Assembly: GCA_045615385.1 (NCBI GenBank)
Contig: JAZLES010000008.1
Span: 2,601-66,600 of the forward strand
DNA length: 64,000 nucleotides
Source of the DNA: Candidatus Nanosyncoccus sp.
GTDB taxonomy: Bacteria > Patescibacteriota > Saccharimonadia > Saccharimonadales > Saccharimonadaceae
Direction: 5' to 3'
Below are positions 7,809 through 17,530 of the stretch, one piece after another. The number at the start of each line of letters is the position of its first letter. Within the stretch, counting starts at the first letter, position 1. The notes under the pieces were generated by a model. It was not told where the DNA came from, did not search any database, and was given only the letters and a program-made list of their open reading frames with translations. The translations under genes and the position numbers were made by a program.

Positions 7809-9467
7809 ATGAATAGAGCACTAATCAATGCGAGTAGCGGCATAGTTCAGAAGCCATTACGTTACGTACTTTACGTGCGCAAATCTTCTGAAGACGCCGA
7901 GGCTCAAGCCAAATCATTACCAGACCAAATCGCAGATTGTAAAGAATATGCGAATAATCATGGTTTGCTTCTAGTTGGCGAACCGATCCAGGAATCTAAG
8001 TCCGCGAAGAAATCCGGCAACCGTCCGCTTTTCTCGCAAATGCTAAAAGATATCGAGAAAGGCAAATACGATGCCATTCTCGCCTGGCACCCAGACCGCT
8101 TATCGCGTAACTCACTCGAAGCCGGAATGGTTGTCGATATGGTCGATAACGGCGTCATTAAAGACCTGCGTTTCCCGACTTTTGAATTCCATAACGATTC
8201 AAGTGGCAAGCTAACACTAAACATGCTCTTTGCGCTTTCAAAGCAATATTCAGAACATCTATCCGAAAGCGTGCAACGCGGCGTCGATTCTAACCTCGAA
8301 CAAGGTAAATCTGGCGGTATGCCGAAGTGGGGTTATATCCGCGACGACGTATCAGGCTATTACAAACCAGACAAGAACTTCAAGATGATCCAGAAAGGCT
8401 GGCAGATGATTCTAAATGGCGCGTCGCAAATGGAAGTCTACCGTTACTGGAAGATGAATAACGTGGAGCGTTCTACGAAACTCTCACGCCGAAACAAACA
8501 TGTTAGAAGCTACGGCGTCTGCGAAAGCACCGCGAACCGCATCTTCCACGATCCGTTCTACTACGGAATCCTTGAACAAGGTCGCAACTATGTAGATCTA
8601 CGCGTAGTAACACCAAACTTCAAACCAATGGTAACCGAAGAAGAATTCGACCAGGTTCAGAAAATGTTTAGAAAAGACCGTGGCTCGATCCAATCTTCCT
8701 GCTACGAAAACCAGAAAGCCACACATGGCAAATACTTCTTGCCGTTCCGCCACCTTATCAAATGCTCAGTGTGTGGCCATTATATGATTCCGGCTAGAAA
8801 CCGCGGACACTCTGGCACGTATTACCTCAATTATCGATGCCACAACAAAGCCTGTACGCGCCCAAAGAACAATATACGCATGCATGTTATCATGGATCAA
8901 CTCTACGAGGAATTCGGCCGTATCAGCCAGAAATACGATTTTACCGAATATGTAAACGCCATGAGCGAATATGCCGACAAGAAGATGCAAGAAGCGACCG
9001 TCGAAAAACACGAGCTCCTCGGCCAGAAAACACAGAAACAAAGAAAGATCGACGACCTTGCGGAAAAGTACGCCGAACTAGACAAAGAGTCGCCAAAAGC
9101 CGTCAAAGACAAACTCAAAAAGGACATGGCGGATTTGCAAAATGATGTTGTAAATATCGACGAAAGAATCAAGCAAATTGAAGCCAAAATCAAGAATCCT
9201 GAAAAATTACGCATGACCATCGAAAAGTTTTCGAACTCGCTAAATTCGCTAATTAACAGATTAGAAAAAGGAGATCTCGTTGAAAAGGACATTTTGGTCA
9301 GAAATATGGTTTCGAACCTTGAAATTGATGCACAAAAAAGGGTGATTTACAGATATAAATCACCATTTAATTTCATCTTCGAACCTGAGTTTTCCACAGG
9401 TTCCCCTGTTGGTGAGCCGGGAGGGACTCGAACCCTCGACACCAAGCTTAAGAGGCTCGTGCTCTAA
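7809..9467 (+). CDS. Large serine recombinase (integrase)
   Basis: YVRKSSED catalytic Ser motif, DRLSRN, recombinase domain, CxxC...C...C zinc ribbon, coiled coil; ATG 7809. Confidence 0.92.
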   Translation: MNRALINASSGIVQKPLRYVLYVRKSSEDAEAQAKSLPDQIADCKEYANNHGLLLVGEPIQESKSAKKSGNRPLFSQMLKDIEKGKYDAILAWHPDRLSRNSLEAGMVVDMVDNGVIKDLRFPTFEFHNDSSGKLTLNMLFALSKQYSEHLSESVQRGVDSNLEQGKSGGMPKWGYIRDDVSGYYKPDKNFKMIQKGWQMILNGASQMEVYRYWKMNNVERSTKLSRRNKHVRSYGVCESTANRIFHDPFYYGILEQGRNYVDLRVVTPNFKPMVTEEEFDQVQKMFRKDRGSIQSSCYENQKATHGKYFLPFRHLIKCSVCGHYMIPARNRGHSGTYYLNYRCHNKACTRPKNNIRMHVIMDQLYEEFGRISQKYDFTEYVNAMSEYADKKMQEATVEKHELLGQKTQKQRKIDDLAEKYAELDKESPKAVKDKLKKDMADLQNDVVNIDERIKQIEAKIKNPEKLRMTIEKFSNSLNSLINRLEKGDLVEKDILVRNMVSNLEIDAQKRVIYRYKSPFNFIFEPEFSTGSPVGEPGGTRTLDTKLKRLVL

Positions 9468-9486
9468 CCAGCTGAGCTACCGGCCC
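9410..9486 (-). tRNA. tRNA-Lys(CTT)
   Basis: GGGCCGG acceptor stem, anticodon arm CGAGC-CTCTTAA-GCTTG, GGTTCGAGTCC T-arm, encoded CCA; 77 nt. Confidence 0.95.
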
Positions 9487-9609
9487 AAAACTCACTCCTA
9501 TAATTATATCACAAAACCCAGATTTAACAAATATCAAAACTCTAGATACTTCATTCCTAACGACCGATAAAAATCCATCGCCGTCGGTTCATTCAAAGCC
9601 CATATCATC

Positions 9610-11127
9610 TTATTTCGCGTACTCAACTGCGCGCGTTTCGCGAATTACATTCACCTTAATCACGCCAGGATACGACATTGTTGCTTCAATTTTATTCGCA
9701 ATGTCTCGCGCTAACTTCAACGCCGACAAATCATCAATCGATTTTGGTTCCACAATAATTCTAATTTCCCGACCTGCTGAAATCGCATAGGCTTTATCCA
9801 CACCCGGAAAACCAGTCGCAATATTCTCAAGATCTCGCATTCTTTCCGCAAAATTCTCCGCCGAAATATTTCTCGCTCCTGGCCTAGCTGCCGAAATCGC
9901 ATCCACAATTTTCACAATAATAGCTTCCGGCGTTGTCGGTTCAATATCATCATGGTGCGCCGCAATCGCATGCACTACATTATCCGGCATACCATATTTC
10001 TTAGCTAACTCTGCCCCAATTTCCGCATGCTTTCCTTCAATTTTATGTGTCACGGCTTTACCAATATCATGTAATAAAGTTGCAGTTTTCGTCACACGTT
10101 TATCCGCTCCAATTTCTTCTGCAATCATTCCGGCAATATGCGCCATCTCAATCGAATGCAAAAGCACATTCTGGCCATACGACGTCCTAAATTTTAATTC
10201 GCCAAGTAAATGCAAAATCTCGCGCGGGATTCCGACCACGCCAACTTCCCTTGCTGCATCTTCACCCGCACGTACTACTTCTTTTTCAATTTCCTTTTCC
10301 GCCTTTGCTACCGACTCTTCAATTGACGCCGGATTAATCCGCCCGTCTTTCATCAAACGCTCCAAAGCATATCTTGCTACTTGCCTTCTAATTGGATCAA
10401 ACGAAGACAAAACTACCATTCCTGGCGTATCGTCTACCATGATATCTACTCCAGTTGCCCGTTGTAAACTCTGAATATTTCGCCCTTCCTTACCAATAAT
10501 TCTCCCCTTCATATCGTCATCTGGCAATTTCAAAGCCGTAATCGTTCGGTCCGCCGTTACTTCCGACGACATTCTTTCCATCGCCGTAAGTAGCATTGCT
10601 TGTGCCGTTTCATCAACCTCGTGTTTAATTTCCTTTTGTTCCTTCATAATCAAACCAGCCAAATCCTGTTTAATATCGTTCTCCGTCATCATCATCAGCT
10701 TATCTCGCGCTTCTTGCTTAGAAAGTCCCGCAATCTTCTCCAATTTTTCATGTTGCTTCACCCGTATTTCCTTAATTTCATTTTTTAAATCTTCGAGTTC
10801 TTTTTCTTCTTTATTTAATTTATCCGACTTCTTTTCTAGCTGGTCTAGTTTCGCATCCAAAGTCGTTTCTCTCTCCGCCAAACGATTTTCCGTTCTCTTC
10901 CATTCCTTTCTGCGCTCATTTTCTTCCGCCTGATTTTTTTCACTAATTTTAGTCGCCTCTTTTTTCGCATTCAAAACTATCTCACTAGCTTCATGCTTGG
11001 CTTTTCTAACTAAGTCTTCCGCCTTATTCTTACCCCCGTTCTCATTCCGCTTATTATATGCAAAAATCCCGCCAGCCCCAGCAGCTATACCTACTACGGC
11101 GGCAATAATTGGGATCACTATTTCCAT
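9610..11127 (-). CDS. rny: Ribonuclease Y
   Basis: N-terminal TM, coiled coil, KH (GRIIGKEGRNI), HD (LLHDIGK); start MEIVIP at 11127. Confidence 0.95.
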   Translation of the reverse strand: MEIVIPIIAAVVGIAAGAGGIFAYNKRNENGGKNKAEDLVRKAKHEASEIVLNAKKEATKISEKNQAEENERRKEWKRTENRLAERETTLDAKLDQLEKKSDKLNKEEKELEDLKNEIKEIRVKQHEKLEKIAGLSKQEARDKLMMMTENDIKQDLAGLIMKEQKEIKHEVDETAQAMLLTAMERMSSEVTADRTITALKLPDDDMKGRIIGKEGRNIQSLQRATGVDIMVDDTPGMVVLSSFDPIRRQVARYALERLMKDGRINPASIEESVAKAEKEIEKEVVRAGEDAAREVGVVGIPREILHLLGELKFRTSYGQNVLLHSIEMAHIAGMIAEEIGADKRVTKTATLLHDIGKAVTHKIEGKHAEIGAELAKKYGMPDNVVHAIAAHHDDIEPTTPEAIIVKIVDAISAARPGARNISAENFAERMRDLENIATGFPGVDKAYAISAGREIRIIVEPKSIDDLSALKLARDIANKIEATMSYPGVIKVNVIRETRAVEYAK

Positions 11128-11326
11128 ATTGCCCTTTCTAATTGTTTTGCCGATATTTTCCTGATACCAGCGATTTAACAAATAAAATCAAATTAATAAA
11201 TTTCCTTCTCTATTATAACACAAAATCCCATTTTTTCCTAGTCAAAATCAAAAATCTTATCCTTGCATTTTTAATTTTGAAAAGTTAAACTTGTATAAAA
11301 TAAAATATAAGTGGAGGTAAATCTAA

Positions 11327-11554
11327 GTGGGATGTTTAGAAGAAATGTTAGTCAAAAATGGAGTCATCTATCGTTCATCAGATGGCTCCAAGTCCTATAT
11401 TGAGGGCAGCTTAGTCTCAAATTCATTAGTAGTTCGTAATTCTTCTGGCTGGGTCACTCATAGAATCGAACGTGCCGCAAACGGTGTCGATTTAGTCGTC
11501 AGAAATACCTCCACCGGCATGGTAGAAACTCGTATTAGTGGCGCAATTCTTTAA
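11327..11554 (+). CDS. Small hypothetical protein with an internal beta-hairpin-like repeat
   Basis: Strong RBS GGAGGT, GTG start, LVVRN repeated twice. Confidence 0.55.
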   Translation: MGCLEEMLVKNGVIYRSSDGSKSYIEGSLVSNSLVVRNSSGWVTHRIERAANGVDLVVRNTSTGMVETRISGAIL

Positions 11555-12453
11555 CCCCAAAATCCGCGCTTTTTACTCTTTTTAAATTCTTCTAATAATT
11601 CTTTTTGCTTGCGCGATAAGTTTTTCGGCGTCTCAACAATAATTGTTACGATATGCGGTCCCCTATCTCCATCCGCCCTATACGGCACTCCGTGCCCAGA
11701 CAATTTAAACGGTGTTCCACTTTGAGTTCCAGCTGGCACTTTCATCGTAATTGGTCCATCTACCGTCTCAACTTCAACCTCACATCCAAGCGCCGCGTCA
11801 ATCATATCGATTCTTTCTTCTGAAAGAATAATTACACCCTCTCTTGTCAAATTCTTGTGAGGTTTTACACGTACCCTTACATAAAGATCGCCCTTCTCGC
11901 CTCCCTCCGGAGCTTCACCGCCTCTTCCTTTTAGTCTAATCGACATACCATCATCAATCCCTGCCGGAATTTTTACTTTAATATCTGCTCCATTCGTCGT
12001 CACATTTTTTGTCGTGCCAAAAATCGCTTCCTCAAAAGTAATTGTTACCGCAGTTTGATAGTCAGCTCCCCGCCTCGGTCTTCTCGCCCCTCCGCCAAAT
12101 CCAAAAATATTACCCAAAATATCATCTAATCCCCCGCCAAAATCAAAGTTAAAAGTTTGTCCATTAAAATTAAAGTTTCCACCTTGGCCAAACGGATTTC
12201 CACCCGCAAACGGATTACCTGCCGCACCCCCTACACCCGCATGTCCAAATTGATCATACCGCGCTCGCTTTTGTTTATCCGACAAAACATCATGCGCCTC
12301 GTTCACTTCCTTAAACTTTGCTTCAGCTTCCTTATCCCCCGGATTTTTATCCGGATGGTATTTAATCGCTAACTTTCGATAAGCCTTTTTAATTTCATCA
12401 TCTGACGCATTCTTAGAAACGCCCAAAACTTCATAATAATCACGTTTTGCCAT
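11551..12453 (-). CDS. dnaJ: DnaJ chaperone (J domain, G/F region, C-terminal domain, no Zn finger)
   Basis: [13 protein letters not shown] motif, G/F-rich linker, C-terminal domain; no CxxCxGxG repeats. Confidence 0.9.
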   Translation of the reverse strand: MAKRDYYEVLGVSKNASDDEIKKAYRKLAIKYHPDKNPGDKEAEAKFKEVNEAHDVLSDKQKRARYDQFGHAGVGGAAGNPFAGGNPFGQGGNFNFNGQTFNFDFGGGLDDILGNIFGFGGGARRPRRGADYQTAVTITFEEAIFGTTKNVTTNGADIKVKIPAGIDDGMSIRLKGRGGEAPEGGEKGDLYVRVRVKPHKNLTREGVIILSEERIDMIDAALGCEVEVETVDGPITMKVPAGTQSGTPFKLSGHGVPYRADGDRGPHIVTIIVETPKNLSRKQKELLEEFKKSKKRGFWG

Positions 12454-12474
12454 AATAATATATATTATATATGA

Positions 12475-12501
12475 TTAGCACTCAAAATACAAGAGTGCTA
12501 G
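12475..12501. promoter_or_regulatory. CIRCE element upstream of dnaJ
   Basis: TTAGCACTC-N9-GAGTGCTAG, 1 mismatch to the consensus TTAGCACTC-N9-GAGTGCTAA. Confidence 0.9.
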
Positions 12502-13445
12502 AAGCTATTCACTTGTGTCAATATTTCTACCGGTACCCCAACCGTATTGTAAATCGTCAAAATCGGTTCCGGATTAGACATCAAAACAAATTTCCCACTT
12601 TCATCTTTTTTCACAATAGCTCTATAAGTTACTAGCGAATACTTTTCTTCTGACCCAGTCGTTACTACGAAACAATAATAATCGTCACTTTCTTCTACTC
12701 TTTTAATATCAAAACTAGTTACCTCGCTATAACCATTTTTCAGAAAAGCTCTAGGACCATCTTCATCATTTTCTTTAAAACTCTCTTCTAATGGATTATT
12801 AAAACTCAAAAACTCAATATTATAATTAACCAAATTCTCATCCTCAGAAACTAACGATTTTAATTTGGCTACCGCCTCATCCATATAAGTAGTTGAAGCA
12901 GAAATTGTTAAAGTTGGTTTTTCCTCATCTAATAAATAATTCAGGCTAAAAAGCGCATTAGAAAACGGCAATTTACTAGCAACTGGAGCTTCGTTAATTA
13001 ATTTTTCGTAAAGATTCTGTCTCTCCACATCACTAGCTCCCCCAGAAGCAATCTTTATTTCATCAAACTCAGCTTGATGACTAATAATATAAGCTCTTCC
13101 TTCATCGTTAATCGCCGTCAAAATCCCACCAATATAATCAGTATTTTTATCTACATTAACCGTCACTTCATGCTTTTCAAAATTTTCAAATTCAACCGTT
13201 ACTACATGCTCTCCAATTTGGATATAATTTCGCTCATTATTTTTTACCACTTCACCATCAATTTTTACAACCGCTTCGTTCGGCGCAAACTGAATTTTCA
13301 CTAAAGCCCTACCTTGATTTATCACGAATAAAACTACTACATATATTACTACTGCCAAAATCATTAGACCAAAGAAAATCGCAATCTTTTTAAACCCAAT
13401 CTTTCCTAATAAATCTGACCAATCTCTTGCTTCTGTTTCCATCAT
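12498..13445 (-). CDS. Membrane-anchored protein with a PEGA-like beta domain (T4SS-cluster associated)
   Basis: One N-terminal TM, AVVKIDG...GEHVVTVEFENF pattern. Confidence 0.6.
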   Translation of the reverse strand: MMETEARDWSDLLGKIGFKKIAIFFGLMILAVVIYVVVLFVINQGRALVKIQFAPNEAVVKIDGEVVKNNERNYIQIGEHVVTVEFENFEKHEVTVNVDKNTDYIGGILTAINDEGRAYIISHQAEFDEIKIASGGASDVERQNLYEKLINEAPVASKLPFSNALFSLNYLLDEEKPTLTISASTTYMDEAVAKLKSLVSEDENLVNYNIEFLSFNNPLEESFKENDEDGPRAFLKNGYSEVTSFDIKRVEESDDYYCFVVTTGSEEKYSLVTYRAIVKKDESGKFVLMSNPEPILTIYNTVGVPVEILTQVNSF

Positions 13446-13454
13446 TCCTCCTTA

Positions 13455-14792
13455 TTAACTTCCTTTCGCCTCAACGTGCCAATTTTCAGGACTACCAAAA
13501 TTCCGCCCATCTTTTAAGCCAAATTCACTTAAGAAGTCACTATTCAAATAACAACTCCCGCCAATCCAAGTGCATAATCCAGTATTACCATTATAGAACC
13601 CACCAGTATTAAAATCTACTGCTAACCCCATTTGGTGATTAGAATAACCCGGACTTGCCGCTAAATTACCGCCATTACACGAACCACTTACGTAACAATT
13701 ATAAAAATATTGCTGCTCTCCCATTGTTCTAAACCCTTCACTCGCCGTCAAATAATTCCCATACCTCGCCTTATGTGCTTCATTAAAGGCATAAAACGCT
13801 CCCGAAACTCTTGAATTTACCACAATGTATTGGTTATCTAAAGGAGAGCCATCCGTGTCTCTAGTATTTGGCAACGCACAAAGCCGAATTGTAATTTTAG
13901 TCCCATTCGAATATCCATCCGCCGTACCCTTATCAATCGTTCTACTATCGCATGGCACATCAGCCGATGATTCATAAACAGAACCTACCGGTTGGTCCGA
14001 ACTCCCTCCCACACAAGTTATTCCATCGCTTCCTACTAATCCACTATATTTTTCATAAAATCTTAGTGCATTTTCAGTTCGGCCTGCTGCCTTACTTTCC
14101 ATGTCCGCTGGTATTTCCACACGTGTTAAGAAAAAATATGCTGCCTCCTCAACAGTCTTAGTATCAAAAATTCCACTATAACTAGGATTATTTACTAATT
14201 CATCTCTTAAAAATTGCAACTCTAGCAATGCCAACTCACTGGCTACATCCCTTCCTGCTAATTCTAAAAAGGTTTCACCACTAGTATAAGTTGGACTATA
14301 AGTCTGCCAATCTTCTAAATATTGTACTAAAGAAGCATTTTGGGATTTCACATAATTATACATATTCACTCTGCGCCCATAAGACCATTGTATTAAACCC
14401 AACCCATACGAATCTTTCGTGTTAGTACCTATATCAATTCCCGAACCTAAAAGACTCACTTCATGTTGTGCTGGATTGAAGTTCGACTCACTTACCATAT
14501 TTCCCATCACGCCAGCCGCTTGCTCCGGAGTCATAAAACTCGTTAATCCAGTCCAAATAATCTCTTCCATCGTCGAACCAGAAACCGTTATCTCTCCATT
14601 CGAATAGGCTAATCCATTCGAACAAACCGTACCAGTTCCTCCCCCCGTCTCATCTGGATCATAAAAAAGAATATTATTTTGTGAAAATTCGTCAAATCTT
14701 GTACTGCTCAAAGCATAAATCGGAGTAACATAAAGAATATTTAACAAAAACACTAATGAAATAGCCACTACTCTTTCAAAAGCCTTTTTCAT
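13455..14792 (-). CDS. Secreted peptidoglycan hydrolase: phage-tail-lysozyme domain plus M15B (VanY-like) peptidase
   Basis: Signal peptide; AAGVMGNMVSESNFNP...GLIQWS; SEGFRT, PGYSNHQMGLAVD, ENWHVE. Confidence 0.8.
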   Translation of the reverse strand: MKKAFERVVAISLVFLLNILYVTPIYALSSTRFDEFSQNNILFYDPDETGGGTGTVCSNGLAYSNGEITVSGSTMEEIIWTGLTSFMTPEQAAGVMGNMVSESNFNPAQHEVSLLGSGIDIGTNTKDSYGLGLIQWSYGRRVNMYNYVKSQNASLVQYLEDWQTYSPTYTSGETFLELAGRDVASELALLELQFLRDELVNNPSYSGIFDTKTVEEAAYFFLTRVEIPADMESKAAGRTENALRFYEKYSGLVGSDGITCVGGSSDQPVGSVYESSADVPCDSRTIDKGTADGYSNGTKITIRLCALPNTRDTDGSPLDNQYIVVNSRVSGAFYAFNEAHKARYGNYLTASEGFRTMGEQQYFYNCYVSGSCNGGNLAASPGYSNHQMGLAVDFNTGGFYNGNTGLCTWIGGSCYLNSDFLSEFGLKDGRNFGSPENWHVEAKGS

Positions 14793-14808
14793 TAATTACG
14801 CCCCACCA

Positions 14809-16629
14809 TCATTGCTTATTTCCCGGATTAGTCGTAATTAACCCTTCCTCCGTCTCTGATGCAATAACCTGAATATGCACGTGATTAGAACCAGCAAAGA
14901 ACAAGCCCTGCCCAACCGGGAAATTTGCCAACCTTCTCTTCTCTTCCTCTGTTAATTTAAAGACATCCGACAAAACATCCACCGCCGAAGCATTCTGCTT
15001 TAATAGAAGCTGCATTGACGAGTTATTGACAATCGCCCGCCCCATCTTGTTCCCCATGAAATCTTCTACGTCTTGCGTAATCGTCGTCAAACCTAGATAA
15101 TATTTTCTTGCGCGTTTTGCTAATGAGAACAAGAAATTCGCTGAATCTTCAAATTGCATTAACTGCCATGCCTCATCTACGATTAGTAATCGCTTTTTCT
15201 GTTCCGCCCTTACAATATTCCAAATGTGTGAAAGCACAATATACATTGCCACCGGTCTTAATTCTTCCTCAAGATCCCGAATATTAAATACTACCATCTG
15301 ATTATTAATATCAATATTCGATTGTTGCGAGAAAATCCCCGCGAAAGTCCCTGTAGTATATTTACGTAATCTCTGCGCTAATTGTGGGCCCGTCCCTTCC
15401 ATATGTAGAAGCGTATCGTATAAATTCATAATTGTCGGTGGCACCGACTGATGCGTCAAAGGATCTGATGTAATACCTGCTCTCGCATATGTGTCTATCA
15501 ACGCCTGGTCAAGATCAGCTTCTTCACTTGCAGTTAAAGCCGGTACTACCTGACCAGTAGCGGTAGCCTGACTACCACCAAGCATCGTTCTAAACAACCC
15601 ATGCAGAACTACTAAATTAGCCCTCAAAGCATCATTCGCATCTTCCGAATCAATTACTTTCGGCAAATCAAACGGATTAATTCTCACATCCGAATTTAAT
15701 GACAATCTTATATACGAACCGCCCACCGCATCACAAAGTTTTTGATACTCATTTTCTGGGTCGATAATCAAAATCTCCGTTCCTACCATCATTGACCTTA
15801 ATGCTTCTAGCTTCACCGTAAACGACTTACCAGCACCCGACTTCGCAAACACCACCATATTCGCATTCTCTAAGCTAAACCGGTCAAAAATTACTAACCC
15901 ATTATTATGCATATTAATACCATACAGAATACCTTTATCCTGAGTTAAATCTGCCGATGTAAATGGGAATGATGTTGAAATCGCACCCGTATTCATATTC
16001 CGGCGAATTTGTAGCTGATCCGAACATTGTGGCATTGTCGAATTCATACCTTGTTCCTGTTGCGAATTCGCCACCTTCGAGAAAATCATTTGTTGCCCAA
16101 AAATCGTTTCGATTTTCTGTTGTACAAATTTCATCTCATCCAAAGAATCTGCCCAAATCGTTACATAAAGACCAAACCGGAAGAATCTTTCCGCGCCTAC
16201 CTGCAACTGATCCCGTAGTTCCTCTGCATCGTTAATTGCTGCCTCAAGTTCTGGATCACGTACCCGTCCCTTTTCCGCATTAAGATTCATTGACGCTTCA
16301 AGCTGAGTTACTTTCGTCCTTAAGTTCTTCATCACTACTGCTGACTCAACCGGATAAATATACATCGACACATCAATTACTTCGTCAATATTAATAATCG
16401 GTGACAGCCAACCCGTATAAAGACTTCTCGGATAACCATAGACATATAAAGTTCGTCCGTATTTGTTTCCTAACCTAAAATAATCTGAATGAATTTCAAT
16501 TGCCGACGGCGAAATCAAATCCCTTAAAGTATTTGTGCCTTGTTCAAACGCTCTCTGAATTTCCGCTGCTTCCGTCGCCTCTGCCTGCACCGCAATCTCT
16601 GCCGCCGTCAATTTTTTCTTCTTACCCAT
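14809..16629 (-). CDS. virB4: VirB4/TraC-like T4SS ATPase
   Basis: AKSGAGKS Walker A, IIDPENEY, IVDEAWQL, LTTITQDVEDF. Confidence 0.9.
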   Translation of the reverse strand: MGKKKKLTAAEIAVQAEATEAAEIQRAFEQGTNTLRDLISPSAIEIHSDYFRLGNKYGRTLYVYGYPRSLYTGWLSPIINIDEVIDVSMYIYPVESAVVMKNLRTKVTQLEASMNLNAEKGRVRDPELEAAINDAEELRDQLQVGAERFFRFGLYVTIWADSLDEMKFVQQKIETIFGQQMIFSKVANSQQEQGMNSTMPQCSDQLQIRRNMNTGAISTSFPFTSADLTQDKGILYGINMHNNGLVIFDRFSLENANMVVFAKSGAGKSFTVKLEALRSMMVGTEILIIDPENEYQKLCDAVGGSYIRLSLNSDVRINPFDLPKVIDSEDANDALRANLVVLHGLFRTMLGGSQATATGQVVPALTASEEADLDQALIDTYARAGITSDPLTHQSVPPTIMNLYDTLLHMEGTGPQLAQRLRKYTTGTFAGIFSQQSNIDINNQMVVFNIRDLEEELRPVAMYIVLSHIWNIVRAEQKKRLLIVDEAWQLMQFEDSANFLFSLAKRARKYYLGLTTITQDVEDFMGNKMGRAIVNNSSMQLLLKQNASAVDVLSDVFKLTEEEKRRLANFPVGQGLFFAGSNHVHIQVIASETEEGLITTNPGNKQ

Positions 16630-17527
16630 TCTTTTCTCCCTTCTTCACATACATTGTCGCTAGCTTAGAAAAATCCACTAATGGCTCTCTCACCGCCGTG
16701 TCCGGATTATTAAAGTTATAATAAAGTTCCGCCAATTCTCTCGTATTTAATCTCACTGAATGAATACCAATCTGGAACAAGCCCGACATTACTGTATCTA
16801 CCCGATTCGTTAATTCTGTCAAAGCTTTATCGTAGGTCACCCGATCAATATGTGTAATTTCCGGCGGCTTCGCCTTAGAAAACGTCTTAAACAAATTTTT
16901 CGTTTGTTGTACTACTTTTTCCGCATCTACCGATGAATAATAAGGCACCACAATAAAAAATGATTTATCCATGATATTTGCTTCCTGTGACAAAATATCA
17001 ATAAAATTGATATAATCATCCATCAATACGCCTAGAAGCATATTATCATTATTCCGCCGAATCTCAGAAAGCCTTTCAATATATGGACCAATATCTACTC
17101 TTTGTGATCTCACTAGAATCTGCGTCGTAAACTTTAACGAATTCAAGAAGTTTTGATAAGAATATTCTACCCCTTCTCGCTCCATATCCGACATTAAATC
17201 AAAGTTAATCGATTTACAAGCCACTACTGCCCTAAACGAGCCGTCTTTCATAATCACAACATTATCCCGAAGCTCCGATATTAACAAAGTCGCCTGTGTT
17301 GATGTTGGTAATTCCTGATTTGGCGAAACTGGTGCCATCTGATTAGCTTGCATTGCTACCGAACCTAAATTTGCCGCATTTGGATTCTGTTGAGCCATCT
17401 GATTTGGCATTATCATTTGCGGTACAGCTTGAGCCTGCATCGGCTGTGCCATCATATTTTGATTTGGCGCTTGCATCGGTTGCGCCATCATATTTTGATT
17501 ATTTGGATAATTTTGTTGCGGGTTCAT
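16622..17527 (-). CDS. T4SS accessory protein (TraC/VirB4-N-terminal-like) with Q/M/P-rich N-terminus
   Basis: STQATLLISELRDNVVIMKDGSFRAV...SINFDL; overlaps the virB4 start. Confidence 0.7.
   Translation of the reverse strand: MNPQQNYPNNQNMMAQPMQAPNQNMMAQPMQAQAVPQMIMPNQMAQQNPNAANLGSVAMQANQMAPVSPNQELPTSTQATLLISELRDNVVIMKDGSFRAVVACKSINFDLMSDMEREGVEYSYQNFLNSLKFTTQILVRSQRVDIGPYIERLSEIRRNNDNMLLGVLMDDYINFIDILSQEANIMDKSFFIVVPYYSSVDAEKVVQQTKNLFKTFSKAKPPEITHIDRVTYDKALTELTNRVDTVMSGLFQIGIHSVRLNTRELAELYYNFNNPDTAVREPLVDFSKLATMYVKKGEKNG
17436..17506. repeat. Imperfect 36-nt tandem duplication (QNMMAQPMQA x2)
   Basis: TGCATCGGYTGYGCCATCATATTTTGATT occurs twice in tandem. Confidence 0.8.
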
Positions 17528-17530
17528 CTT

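Larger units (their letters stand above)
1..9409. mobile_element. Right end of a genomic island integrated at the 3' end of tRNA-Lys
   Basis: Integrase abutting the tRNA 3' end, defence-type cargo, visibly higher GC/CG content than the DNA after 9.5 kb; the distal att copy is not in the window. Confidence 0.75.

Noticed and set aside
7384-7812. ORF-track entries 7384-7587(-) and 7600-7812(+)
   Set aside because: No RBS, atypical composition, and they overlap the hairpin cluster and a better small ORF
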